Positions 1 to 9,386 of a stretch of 64,000 nucleotides of DNA are shown piece after piece (position 1 is the stretch's first letter; each line of letters begins with the position of its first letter). The stretch is taken from assembly GCA_050309775.1 (NCBI GenBank), contig JBNRMV010000005.1, forward strand, positions 5,460 through 69,459, read 5' to 3'. Under the pieces are notes generated by a model, which had not been told where the DNA came from, searched no databases, and saw nothing but the letters and a program-made list of their open reading frames with translations. This stretch comes from Christensenellales bacterium (lineage in GTDB: Bacteria > Bacillota > Clostridia > Christensenellales > DTU072). The position numbers were made by a program, and so were the translations under genes.

Positions 1-153
1 CTTTACTAAAATAAAGTTGAAAACTCCCGAATTATCCTTCAGAATCAGCTTTCTTGACGGGGTTTTTAGTTCGTCGGCTATTATGCCACATTGTTCCAGC
101 AGTTCGACGGCTTTGTCGGACAGTCTGCCCTTTGCCAGCGCTATGGTAATCAC
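1..153 (-). CDS. hisG: ATP phosphoribosyltransferase catalytic subunit (short form), 5' part only; runs off window edge
   Basis: Manual translation from GTG at 153: MITIALAKGRLSDKAVELLEQCGII...SRKLIL...FILVK. This is the HisG N-terminal 'IALAKGRL' motif; the start overlaps the hisZ stop (GTGA). Not in the ORF track. Confidence 0.9.
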   Translation of the reverse strand, partial: MITIALAKGRLSDKAVELLEQCGIIADELKTPSRKLILKDNSGVFNFILVK

Positions 154-1328
154 TCTTCGTCCTCCTCAATCTTGCCCTTATCATTTATAAATATGACATT
201 GTCTATGCCGTTCTTTTCCCCGTGCGCCTTTGCGGCTTCTTTTGAGGAGCGATAAAGCAATTCTACACAGAGCCCCTTATCCGTCGCCGAAAGAGCAATT
301 TTTCTGCCGGCGGCAAGCGCGTCAAAGCTGTCAGCCATGGCTATGACAAGGTGAACAAGTTGTTTTTCTTCCTCGCCGCCGCTGTGCTCTATGGCGCTCA
401 TCAAGTCCTTTATGCCGATAGCAAAGCCCGTTGCCGGAATGTCCTTGTCAAACGAACGGCAAAGGTAATCATATCTGCCGCCGCCCAGTATGGGCGCGCC
501 AAAGTGCTTTGTGATGCCTTTGAAAACCGTTCCGGAATAATAAGAAAATGAATTGACCAGTCCCAAATCATAAGAAATATACTTCTCATAGCCATAATCG
601 CAGAGAATGTGATTTATTTCAAACAGTTTCAGCAATGCATCAATGCTCATTTTGTTGTTGACCAGTTTGCTGGCTTCTTGCAAAACGGTTATGTCGCCAT
701 ACAGCATTGTGATATTGTTTATTACTTTGGCAACTTCGGGAGATATATCCATATTTATAAGGTTCTTTTTGTCAACAGCGGAAATGATTTCTTTTTGTTG
801 CTCCTCGGATACCGCCGCTTCGCACAAGACGCCTTTCAAAATCTCAACTTGTCCGATGTCAATTTGAAAATCCGAAAGTCCGGCGTTGAGCAAAGTTTCT
901 ATTGCCAACGCAATTACTTCGGCATCGCCCTCGGCGCCTGCCACTCCGTAAAGTTCTATGCCTGCCTGCGTAAACTCTCTGCTGCGGTTGCGCTCCGGCA
1001 TAAGGTTGTAGGAGTCGGAAATATAGCAAAGACGCAAAGGATATTCCGGCTGCATCTTTGTGCTGACAATCCTGGATATCGGCAGCGTCATATCCGCGCG
1101 CAAAACAAGCAAACCGCCGTCTGTGTCGCTTATTTTGAAAAAGCGTTCGGGCGGTACTGCTCCGGCGCCACTGGAATAAAGCTCAAAGCGTTCCAGTTTT
1201 GGCGTTTCTATTCTCTTGTATGCATATTTTTTGAAGGTTGCGGCTATCTTGTTTTCAAGCGCTTGCTTCTTGTATAAATACTCTGGGAGGTAGTCTTGCA
1301 TACCCCCCGGCAGTTGAAATTTTGGCAT
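150..1328 (-). CDS. hisZ: ATP phosphoribosyltransferase regulatory subunit HisZ
   Basis: HisRS-like fold (LRADMTLPISR, REFTQAGIELYG, YYSGTVF, GGGRYD) directly upstream of hisG; the true hisS is elsewhere in the window. Confidence 0.92.
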   Translation of the reverse strand: MPKFQLPGGMQDYLPEYLYKKQALENKIAATFKKYAYKRIETPKLERFELYSSGAGAVPPERFFKISDTDGGLLVLRADMTLPISRIVSTKMQPEYPLRLCYISDSYNLMPERNRSREFTQAGIELYGVAGAEGDAEVIALAIETLLNAGLSDFQIDIGQVEILKGVLCEAAVSEEQQKEIISAVDKKNLINMDISPEVAKVINNITMLYGDITVLQEASKLVNNKMSIDALLKLFEINHILCDYGYEKYISYDLGLVNSFSYYSGTVFKGITKHFGAPILGGGRYDYLCRSFDKDIPATGFAIGIKDLMSAIEHSGGEEEKQLVHLVIAMADSFDALAAGRKIALSATDKGLCVELLYRSSKEAAKAHGEKNGIDNVIFINDKGKIEEDEE

Positions 1329-1356
1329 TCTTTACCTCGGTTTTTTTATTTTTGCT

Positions 1357-4300
1357 CTACGGCTTGGAAACAATGTATTGCTCATAAAGCGGCCACTGTC
1401 CTTTGTAGGCTGTTACTGTGCTGTCATTTACGCTCTTGTTGACATATATTACCAAATCAGGATTTATGACAAACGGTGAGTTGCCTTGCGGCGGCATATT
1501 GCCATTCATATATATTGTACGCAAGTTCGTGCAACCTGCAAACGCATCGTCGCTTATTACGGTTACATTGGCCGGGAAAGTAATTGTCTTGAGTGCAGTG
1601 CAACCCTGAAAAGCATTTTGCTCGATTATCAATCCGCTCTCGCCGCCCGTGAATATTATTTCTTCAAGGCTGGTGCAGCCCTTGAAGGCGTTTGCTCCGA
1701 TATATTGCAACGATGCCGGCAATACTATTCTGCGCAATGAAGTGGCATTTTCAAATGCGCCCTCAAGTATATAGCGGATTTGGGCGCCCGGCATATACAC
1801 TCCGTTCTCGAAATGCCCTTCCACAAAGGTCACCTCTTCTATGACATCGTTATAGGCAAAGGCCGAATACCCGCCTGACTTTGCTATGCCGACAATCTCG
1901 TCGCCGCTGTGGGAATAAGGTATCATTACATATCTGTCAGCGCCCGAATAACCGACAAGGTATGTGCCTGCGGTTGCGCCGGCAGGCGTCATTGTTTCGG
2001 TATATAGCTCCCCGACAATAGTTCCCGAATGGTTGTCTATCCATTTTGCGTAAAGCGTAATATCTCTTGAGGGCAGGAACGGCAGAGGAATAAGGTCTGC
2101 ATAAGCGTTCGGCTCTTGTGGTTCAAAGCCCTCGTTGAAAACCTCGTACCAACCAATGAAAGTATAGCCGTCAAGCGTGGGTATGGGCTCAACATACATT
2201 GCGTTGGTGTTTATTACGGTATTTTCAAGATAAGCGTCCTCGTATACTAAATCAAATGTAATCTTATACTTCTTTATGACTGATTCTTCTCTGTCGTTTA
2301 TGAATCTCGACCATGATTCGTTTTCACGATAGTTGTTGAATATGGCTTCGGTCTCGACATAAATCCTGCCGGGGATTTGGTTGTCCTCGTCCAATTCAGG
2401 GGGATTGGCTCCCAACATAGTGATTGTCGATGTCTGCGACATATTGTTGAATGCCCTTGCCATAATCTTGGTTACGAAAGCGCCTACTTCTATGTTGCGC
2501 AAACGGGTGTTGCCGTTGAACGCGTCAATACCGATAGTCGTCACATTGCCGGGTATAATGGCCTGATAAGAGTTGCCCTTGTAGCCCAACAAAATATTGT
2601 TTATTATTATGAAGTCATCCGCATAGTCATTCAGCCATTTTGAGCCTTTGAACGCATCCTTACCAATATGCGTAATGGTGTCGGGGAAGTTTATGTTTTC
2701 GAGCATTGAGCAATTCGAGAACGCTTCCTCACCAATAGCAAACAGCTGGCTGCCGTTCTCAAATATAACGCTGACAAGCGTTGTGTTGTTTGCAAAGGCG
2801 CCCTTGCTTATCGCCGCCACTTCTTTGGAGATGACCACAACGGAATCGGTGCCGGTATACTTCAACAACACGCTGCCGACCGTCATTATAACATCGTTGT
2901 TGCTCTCAACATATGGCACTGCGTAAAATGCGTCGTCGCCTATTTCCATAAGGCTTGAGGGCAGCACAACATTCATCAAAGATGTGCAATTATAAAAAGC
3001 TCCGGCTTCAATCTTTGTCAACATGCTGTTCGATGCGGGAATGTCCACAGAAAGCAGATTGGTGCAATTCTTGAATGCATTTGCCGCAATGGATGAGAGC
3101 CGGGTGCTGACGCCAAATACCACTGTTTTAAGGTTTCGGCAATCAGAGAAAGTGTCTTCAAGTATGGATGTTAGACTGCATCTGTCGGCAAACTTTACCG
3201 ATTGAATTCCCGAACCTTTGTATGCGCCCTTTCCGAGAACAGTCAAGCTGGCAGGGAATTCTACCGCTGAAAGGCTGTTGCATAGAGCAAATGCCTCATC
3301 GTTTATTTCTTGCACATTGCTGTTTGTACCAAAATTAAAGTCAACCATCATCAGGCAGCCATAGAATGCCCTTGCTCTGATATTCCTTATGGACGCGCCG
3401 TCAGCAAACTGCACCTTTTGGATATTTATGCAATTCTCAAAAGCGCTTTCGCCTATTGTCACAACGGTGTTGGGCATATAAATATCCTTGATAAAAATGT
3501 TATTCATGAATGCCCGTCTTTCTATGCTGTTAATGGTGTTGGGGATATGCAGCGTGCTTTGCTTGCCCTTGTAACGGAACAGAATGTTGTTGACTGTGAT
3601 TATGTCGTCTATATAATATTTCAGCCAGCCTGTTTCGTCCAATGCGTCGGGAGCAACGCTCTCCACTGTTTGTGGGAATGTTATTTGCTTGAGGTTCTGG
3701 CAACCATAAAATGCTTTTTCGCCAATCTTGCGCAAAGAGGCAGGCAGCTTAATTTCTGACAAATTGATGCAGCCGTACAGAACTTCTTTGGGCATTTCTT
3801 CTATGGCGTCGGGGAAGATTATCGACCTTATGATGGTGTTGTTTTTGAAAGCGCCCTCAACCAAATATTTTATGCTGTCGGGAACGATTACATATTGACT
3901 GGAGCCCCTGTATTCAATCAGCACATCGTTTATGCTTAGGAAGTCTCCCAAAAATTGGTCATACCATAGAGTATCCTCAAATGCGCCCTTTTCTATCGTG
4001 CGAATGGTCCTGGGCAGAATAATCTGATATACATATTCGTTGTTTGCGTTGCCCTCTGCCGAAAATGCGCCGGCAAGCACAGCAGTAACGGGTTTGCCCT
4101 TATATTCGTTGGGAACTACTACATATCTGTGCGTTCCTTCATATTTTTCTACGGCATATTCATTTCCGTCATTTATTAACTTATATGCTAAACCGGGAGT
4201 ACCTTGATTTTCCTCATACCATCTTGCATAGAATGTTTTTGGAGCATCAATCTGATACGGGAAAATCACCGGGTCAGCCGAATAATCAATGTTGCCGTCT

Positions 4301-7300
4301 TCGTCCGCATCAAACCAGCCTGCAAAGACATAACCCTGTCTTTCGTTGGGGGGCGGCGGCACCTGAACGGTGTTGGTGTCGTATGTGGTCAAGGCGCCTA
4401 CATGGCTGTCAAACGAAACACCTCTGTTGTTAAGCTGGAACAATCCTTTTTTGCCCCACATCGGGCTGGTGCGCTCATATACTCCGCACTTGCTCCATTG
4501 CGAGTCATTTTCGTACGCTCTCAAATACAACTCTGAGATATGGAAAGGCACAAGTACCGTAAAGTCAAAACTCTCGTCGCCCGACTGGTATTGCGCGTCT
4601 GTGGTGAACACCTCTCCCAAAGAAGAAAGCGTAGGCGGTGTTGTTGAAAGCACGGTTATTCTGTAAAGGTTCGGGCAATTGACAAAGGCATACTCGCCGA
4701 TATAACTCACGCTGGCAGGAATTGTAATATGGAATATACCGCTGCAGCCATAAAAAGCATAGCTGCCGATAGTTTCCAGACCGGCATTAAGGGTTATGGC
4801 GGTCAGGTTGCTGAGTTCGGCAAATGCGCTGTCGGCAATTACTTTTATGTTGTTTGGCAGCGTCACCTGCGAACCTGTACCGTTGTATTTTATCAGTACA
4901 TTTCCGATAGTGAGGAATTCCGGAGTTTTGGCATCATACCATGGGGTATGCAGGAATGTTTCCTCGGCTATCTCAGCCAACGCTATTTGCGCAAGTTCTT
5001 CACCGTCATTGTTGTTGATTGCAGAAAGCCTTGAACAGTCTGCAAAAGCTCCTTTGGCTATGCGTGTAAGAGTTTTTGGCAGTATCACGCTTTCGAGGGT
5101 TTCGGCAAAGCGGAAAGCGTATTCTTCTATGAATTGCACGCCCTCGCTTATTGTAACATTGCGGATAATTTTGTTGTTGTAGAATGTATACTTGCCTATT
5201 CCAATAATATCAAGACCGTCAATTTTTTGCGGAATGACCAAGTCGGCGGTCTGGTCGCGCAAGCCGTAAATAGTCAGTTTGTTGTCAATGTTTTTGGTGT
5301 AAAGATAGCCCGTATCGGAATTGTAATAAAAAACTTGCGGCGGAGTGCTTTCGATTATTTCATAACCGTCAAAAGCCGAATAATCATTTGTTGCGCCTTC
5401 GGGAACAATGATATATTGCGGTCTGAATTCGCCATCGCCAAAAAGATTTACGGCAACTGACTCAGGCTGATTTTGCGCCTCAAATTGCAAAAACTGGATT
5501 TTTGGGCTGACAAAAGACTTGCCTTCAATACTTTTGATAGAGGCAGGCAATGACACGCCGGTTATGTTTGCATTTATGAATGCTCCGGCTTTTATGGTTT
5601 CTACGCCTTGCGGCACGACATATGTTGCCGAAGTGTTTTGCACATTGTTTGCAGGATACGCAATCAGCGTTATGGCAGTTTTGTCATACAACACGCCTTT
5701 TGAACTGCTGAAGTGGCTGGAATCGCCCTTGAGCGTTATGTCGCGCAGCTGCGAACAACCATAAAAAACATTGCTGCCTATGCTGTCAAGCCTTGTTGAA
5801 GGCAACTCGATACTGGTCAATTTGTTCAGTCCCTCAAAAGCTCTGTTGCCTATTTCTTTCAGCATGGCATTTTGCGCAAATCGGATTTCGCGCAAGGTGC
5901 TGTCCTCTTCCATGAGCAAAGCGCCCTCTGCAATTGTTTGAACGCTGTAAGGCACGGCAATTTCAATCAGCTGCGTACAATTCATAAATGCATAGTTGCC
6001 GATATATGTCAGATTCTCATTGCTGAGGAAATTTATTTCCATGAGGTTCTTTGCGTTGGCAAAAGCATAACTCTCTATTCTTATCACGCTGCTGGGCACA
6101 TTGTATCGGTTGCTCTCCTTGCCCGCAGGATAAGCCCAAATTTTTTCTTTGTTGACATCGAACAACACTCCGTCGGTAACAGAAAAATAGTTGTTTGTGG
6201 CAGTCACCGAAAAACTCTTATTCTTTGCGTTGCGGAAGACTCCGCTGTCAATGCTGTCCACATCCAAGTTGTTATGCTTTTCGGGAATGACAATGATATC
6301 GTCGTCACCGGAATAACCGCTTATCGCATATGCGTTGTTTCTGTACGAATATTCCAATCCCGAAGACCCGATTGTGCGTGAGACATATTTTGCATAGAAT
6401 GTAATCTCGCTCTGCAACAAGTATGGGAAAGTCACCATTTCGCCGTCAAATGTATCATTTGTGTACCAGCCAAGGAACTCGGCATGCGGCACAATGGGAG
6501 AATCCGTCGGAGAAATCATAGTGTATGCCGGATAGTTGACAACCTTCGGCGCTCTGCCGTCGGCGCCAAACACATAATATACATTTATGGTGTTGTCTAT
6601 GTACAGCGCAGTATAGGTTGTGTCCACAAAAAGTTCTGTAAGCGGCGAATCCCAGCCCGTAGCGGTCTTGCCCGCTACAACGGGAAAGGCCGGAGCCACT
6701 GTAGATGCATGAGTGCCTTTCAGCACCCTGGTTTCAAGAATAGAAACACCGCTTTGGTGTATAAATTTCACCATACAGTACGCCGATTCAAAAGTGGCTG
6801 TAAATGTTTTGTTTTCGTAAATACGCTCTAAAACAGAATAATTGCCGTACTGGTCGCGCCAGTCGGCAAAATTGTAGTCGGGTTTTGACGGAGCCGGGGG
6901 CGCCGACACATATGCGCCGTCATCGACATAAAGTATGTCGCCGATTTGTGAATTGTCTTCGTTGACAAATACTACCTTGTGTTTGCCGGTGATGCCCTCG
7001 CGCAATTTCAGAGTAAATGTTGTGGTTTTTTGTCTGTATGTAACGGTAATTGTCTGATCTCCGGGTACAAGCAGTTTGACATGGTCTTCTGCTTTAATCA
7101 TAGTTTTTTCTAGGGGAACTCTCTCGGTTTCTTCGTTCTCGTAAGTTAAAATTAAATATATATTCGATATTGAGAAGTTTTCGACATCATAAATATCCTG
7201 AATGGTGTCAGGGTCAGCCTCTATTCCCACCAGCTTGCCTTTTCCTGCCGCGCAAGCGGCAAATGTAAACATGGTCGCAAGCAGCAAGACGGCTATTAAT

Positions 7301-7323
7301 ATCGAACGAAAAACCTTATTCAT
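1357..7323 (-). CDS. Giant surface lipoprotein (1988 aa): lipobox, Ig-like domain, InlB B-repeat/Flg_new-like repeats and BspA-type leucine-rich repeats
   Basis: Signal peptide ending FAAC; many 'IxxxAFxxCxxLxxIxLPxSLxxI' LRR_5 units; five repeats with 'GYxFxGW...xxTxYAKW'; SD AGGAG upstream. Confidence 0.85.
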   Translation of the reverse strand: MNKVFRSILIAVLLLATMFTFAACAAGKGKLVGIEADPDTIQDIYDVENFSISNIYLILTYENEETERVPLEKTMIKAEDHVKLLVPGDQTITVTYRQKTTTFTLKLREGITGKHKVVFVNEDNSQIGDILYVDDGAYVSAPPAPSKPDYNFADWRDQYGNYSVLERIYENKTFTATFESAYCMVKFIHQSGVSILETRVLKGTHASTVAPAFPVVAGKTATGWDSPLTELFVDTTYTALYIDNTINVYYVFGADGRAPKVVNYPAYTMISPTDSPIVPHAEFLGWYTNDTFDGEMVTFPYLLQSEITFYAKYVSRTIGSSGLEYSYRNNAYAISGYSGDDDIIVIPEKHNNLDVDSIDSGVFRNAKNKSFSVTATNNYFSVTDGVLFDVNKEKIWAYPAGKESNRYNVPSSVIRIESYAFANAKNLMEINFLSNENLTYIGNYAFMNCTQLIEIAVPYSVQTIAEGALLMEEDSTLREIRFAQNAMLKEIGNRAFEGLNKLTSIELPSTRLDSIGSNVFYGCSQLRDITLKGDSSHFSSSKGVLYDKTAITLIAYPANNVQNTSATYVVPQGVETIKAGAFINANITGVSLPASIKSIEGKSFVSPKIQFLQFEAQNQPESVAVNLFGDGEFRPQYIIVPEGATNDYSAFDGYEIIESTPPQVFYYNSDTGYLYTKNIDNKLTIYGLRDQTADLVIPQKIDGLDIIGIGKYTFYNNKIIRNVTISEGVQFIEEYAFRFAETLESVILPKTLTRIAKGAFADCSRLSAINNNDGEELAQIALAEIAEETFLHTPWYDAKTPEFLTIGNVLIKYNGTGSQVTLPNNIKVIADSAFAELSNLTAITLNAGLETIGSYAFYGCSGIFHITIPASVSYIGEYAFVNCPNLYRITVLSTTPPTLSSLGEVFTTDAQYQSGDESFDFTVLVPFHISELYLRAYENDSQWSKCGVYERTSPMWGKKGLFQLNNRGVSFDSHVGALTTYDTNTVQVPPPPNERQGYVFAGWFDADEDGNIDYSADPVIFPYQIDAPKTFYARWYEENQGTPGLAYKLINDGNEYAVEKYEGTHRYVVVPNEYKGKPVTAVLAGAFSAEGNANNEYVYQIILPRTIRTIEKGAFEDTLWYDQFLGDFLSINDVLIEYRGSSQYVIVPDSIKYLVEGAFKNNTIIRSIIFPDAIEEMPKEVLYGCINLSEIKLPASLRKIGEKAFYGCQNLKQITFPQTVESVAPDALDETGWLKYYIDDIITVNNILFRYKGKQSTLHIPNTINSIERRAFMNNIFIKDIYMPNTVVTIGESAFENCINIQKVQFADGASIRNIRARAFYGCLMMVDFNFGTNSNVQEINDEAFALCNSLSAVEFPASLTVLGKGAYKGSGIQSVKFADRCSLTSILEDTFSDCRNLKTVVFGVSTRLSSIAANAFKNCTNLLSVDIPASNSMLTKIEAGAFYNCTSLMNVVLPSSLMEIGDDAFYAVPYVESNNDVIMTVGSVLLKYTGTDSVVVISKEVAAISKGAFANNTTLVSVIFENGSQLFAIGEEAFSNCSMLENINFPDTITHIGKDAFKGSKWLNDYADDFIIINNILLGYKGNSYQAIIPGNVTTIGIDAFNGNTRLRNIEVGAFVTKIMARAFNNMSQTSTITMLGANPPELDEDNQIPGRIYVETEAIFNNYRENESWSRFINDREESVIKKYKITFDLVYEDAYLENTVINTNAMYVEPIPTLDGYTFIGWYEVFNEGFEPQEPNAYADLIPLPFLPSRDITLYAKWIDNHSGTIVGELYTETMTPAGATAGTYLVGYSGADRYVMIPYSHSGDEIVGIAKSGGYSAFAYNDVIEEVTFVEGHFENGVYMPGAQIRYILEGAFENATSLRRIVLPASLQYIGANAFKGCTSLEEIIFTGGESGLIIEQNAFQGCTALKTITFPANVTVISDDAFAGCTNLRTIYMNGNMPPQGNSPFVINPDLVIYVNKSVNDSTVTAYKGQWPLYEQYIVSKP

Positions 7324-7430
7324 GTTGTATTACTCCTATGAACACAATTAGCCATTATTATATATAATAATATAACATTAACAAGTCAAAAAATCAATAG
7401 TATTTTATAGTTAATAAAAAATAAAATACA

Positions 7431-9386
7431 TTAAGTCAGGCTGACCTCATCAAGGCGGTGTCTTTCAATTTCGCCTCGCAGTTGCTTGTCAAGTTTATTC
7501 AAATCCAAACGGTCGGCAATGCTTTTTGCTTTCCGGATATTCTCTGCGGTGACTCCGTGCATATCCTGTCCGCTTTGTTTGACGCCAAAAAACTCGCCGC
7601 CGCCTCTTTGCGCAAAGTCGTATTCGGCTATTTTCATACCGTCGGAACAACCCTTCAAAAACTCCAACCTCTCCCCGGGTTTTTCGGCATATAAAAAACA
7701 GCTTGCCTCGGAGCCGTCACGCCCTATTCTGCCCCTCAACTGGTGCAGCGACGCCAAGCCGAATCGGTCGGCGTCCATAATAAGCATAATCGACGCGTCA
7801 GGAATGTCGATGCCCACTTCTATGACCGAAGTCGCCACAAGCGCCGACAGTTTATTTTGACGAAAAAGCTCAATGATTTCTTGTTTCTGCCCCTCTTTTT
7901 GTTTGCCGTGCAGCAAGCCGATATTTGTACCGCAAAACTCGCCCTCGGTCAATTCTTTGAAAAGGCTTTCAACAGAGTGCATATCCATGCCCTCGCTGTC
8001 CTCTATCCTCGGCGCCACAATAAAAGTTTTTTTCCCTGCCCGACATTCTTTTGCGGCAAAAGCCAGCATTGCTTGGCGCTTTTCTTTGCTTACAACATAT
8101 GTCGTGACATTGCCTCCGTATCTGCGCTGCAATTCAAAAAATTCAATGTTGCCGAACAGCGCCAGCCTCAAACTGCGCGGTATGGGAGTGGCTGTCATTG
8201 TCAGCGTATCGCACATATTTTTATCAATAAGAGCCGTTCTCTGCCCAACGCCGAAGCGATGCTGTTCATCCATTACGCAAAAAGCCAATTGACGGAACTC
8301 CACATCTGCGCTTATTAGAGAATGCGTACCGATAAGTACTTGCGTCCGTCCTTCTTTAATTTCTTCCAATATCTTTCTGCGCTCTTGCGCCTTAACTGCC
8401 GCCGTCAGTAGCCTAACGGTTATGCCTGCGCCTTGAAAAAGCCTTTGCGCATTCTCGTAGTGCTGTCTTGCCAAAATTTCTGTCGGCGCCATAATTGCCG
8501 ACTGAAAGCCGTTCCTTGCAATAAAAGCGCACAAAATTAGCGCCACTATGGTTTTTCCGCTGCCTACATCGCCCGACAACATAGCGTTCAGGGGCTCTTG
8601 TTTTTTAAGCCTTTCCGATATATTCTCAACTGCGCTTTTTTGCGACTCTGTCAGCGTAAAGCCTGCATTGGAAATTATGTCAGACAAATCGACATCGGCA
8701 TAAACTCTGTTTTTTGGTTGGCTTTTATTTGACAGCCGAAAAGCCAGCAGCCTTTTTGTTACGCTTTCAATTATAATTCGCTGTGAAGCTGCCTGAGCGG
8801 AAAGCATATCCGTCGGCATATGCGCTTGTTGCACCGCCTGCGCAAAAGGCATCAAGCCGCACTCCTTTTCCGCAGTCTCATCAATAACGCTGTTGAAAGG
8901 CAAACTCAAATCCAATGCGCTTTTTACTGCGGCGGCATATTGCCGCTGCGAAACAACTCCCTTTGTGCGATAAATGGGCTTTATACCCTCAAAACGGCTG
9001 TTCTCCGTCTTTTTTTCAAAAAGCGGATTGACAAAACGCGGCAATCCCTCGTCAAATGAAAGTTTTCCGAAAACCGTAATAAGGTCGCCCTCTGCTATGG
9101 CTTTGCTGACATAATTCTGATTAAACCAAATGGCGGAAATGTCGCCGCCGGAAAAACTGCCGTATATGCGAAAAATCTGCAGCTTGCCTTTTCTGAACGG
9201 CGCTCTGACCTTTTTTACGGTGATATCAATTTTGCAATAACAGCCTTCGCAAGCGTGTGTTGCCGCCTGTGACAAATCGGCATAGCTGCCGGGTAAAGAA
9301 AACAATAAATCGTACGGAGTAAAAATGCCCAACTTGTTGTACTTTTGTTTGGTCTTTTCTCCGATACCTTTTATGCGGGTAAGCAT
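7431..9386 (-). CDS. recG: ATP-dependent DNA helicase RecG
   Basis: GDVGSGKT, DEQHRFGV, MTATPIPRSL, QLRGRIGR motifs. Confidence 0.95.
   Translation of the reverse strand: MLTRIKGIGEKTKQKYNKLGIFTPYDLLFSLPGSYADLSQAATHACEGCYCKIDITVKKVRAPFRKGKLQIFRIYGSFSGGDISAIWFNQNYVSKAIAEGDLITVFGKLSFDEGLPRFVNPLFEKKTENSRFEGIKPIYRTKGVVSQRQYAAAVKSALDLSLPFNSVIDETAEKECGLMPFAQAVQQAHMPTDMLSAQAASQRIIIESVTKRLLAFRLSNKSQPKNRVYADVDLSDIISNAGFTLTESQKSAVENISERLKKQEPLNAMLSGDVGSGKTIVALILCAFIARNGFQSAIMAPTEILARQHYENAQRLFQGAGITVRLLTAAVKAQERRKILEEIKEGRTQVLIGTHSLISADVEFRQLAFCVMDEQHRFGVGQRTALIDKNMCDTLTMTATPIPRSLRLALFGNIEFFELQRRYGGNVTTYVVSKEKRQAMLAFAAKECRAGKKTFIVAPRIEDSEGMDMHSVESLFKELTEGEFCGTNIGLLHGKQKEGQKQEIIELFRQNKLSALVATSVIEVGIDIPDASIMLIMDADRFGLASLHQLRGRIGRDGSEASCFLYAEKPGERLEFLKGCSDGMKIAEYDFAQRGGGEFFGVKQSGQDMHGVTAENIRKAKSIADRLDLNKLDKQLRGEIERHRLDEVSLT

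Noticed and set aside
150-1328. Possible duplicate histidyl-tRNA synthetase
   Set aside because: It lacks the HisRS-specific motifs seen in 15611-16876 and sits directly on hisG, so it is the ordinary HisZ.
1357-7323. Repeats in the giant gene considered as a CRISPR array, VNTR or DGR target
   Set aside because: The repetition is at protein level only. I saw no identical nucleotide repeats, spacers or reverse transcriptase.
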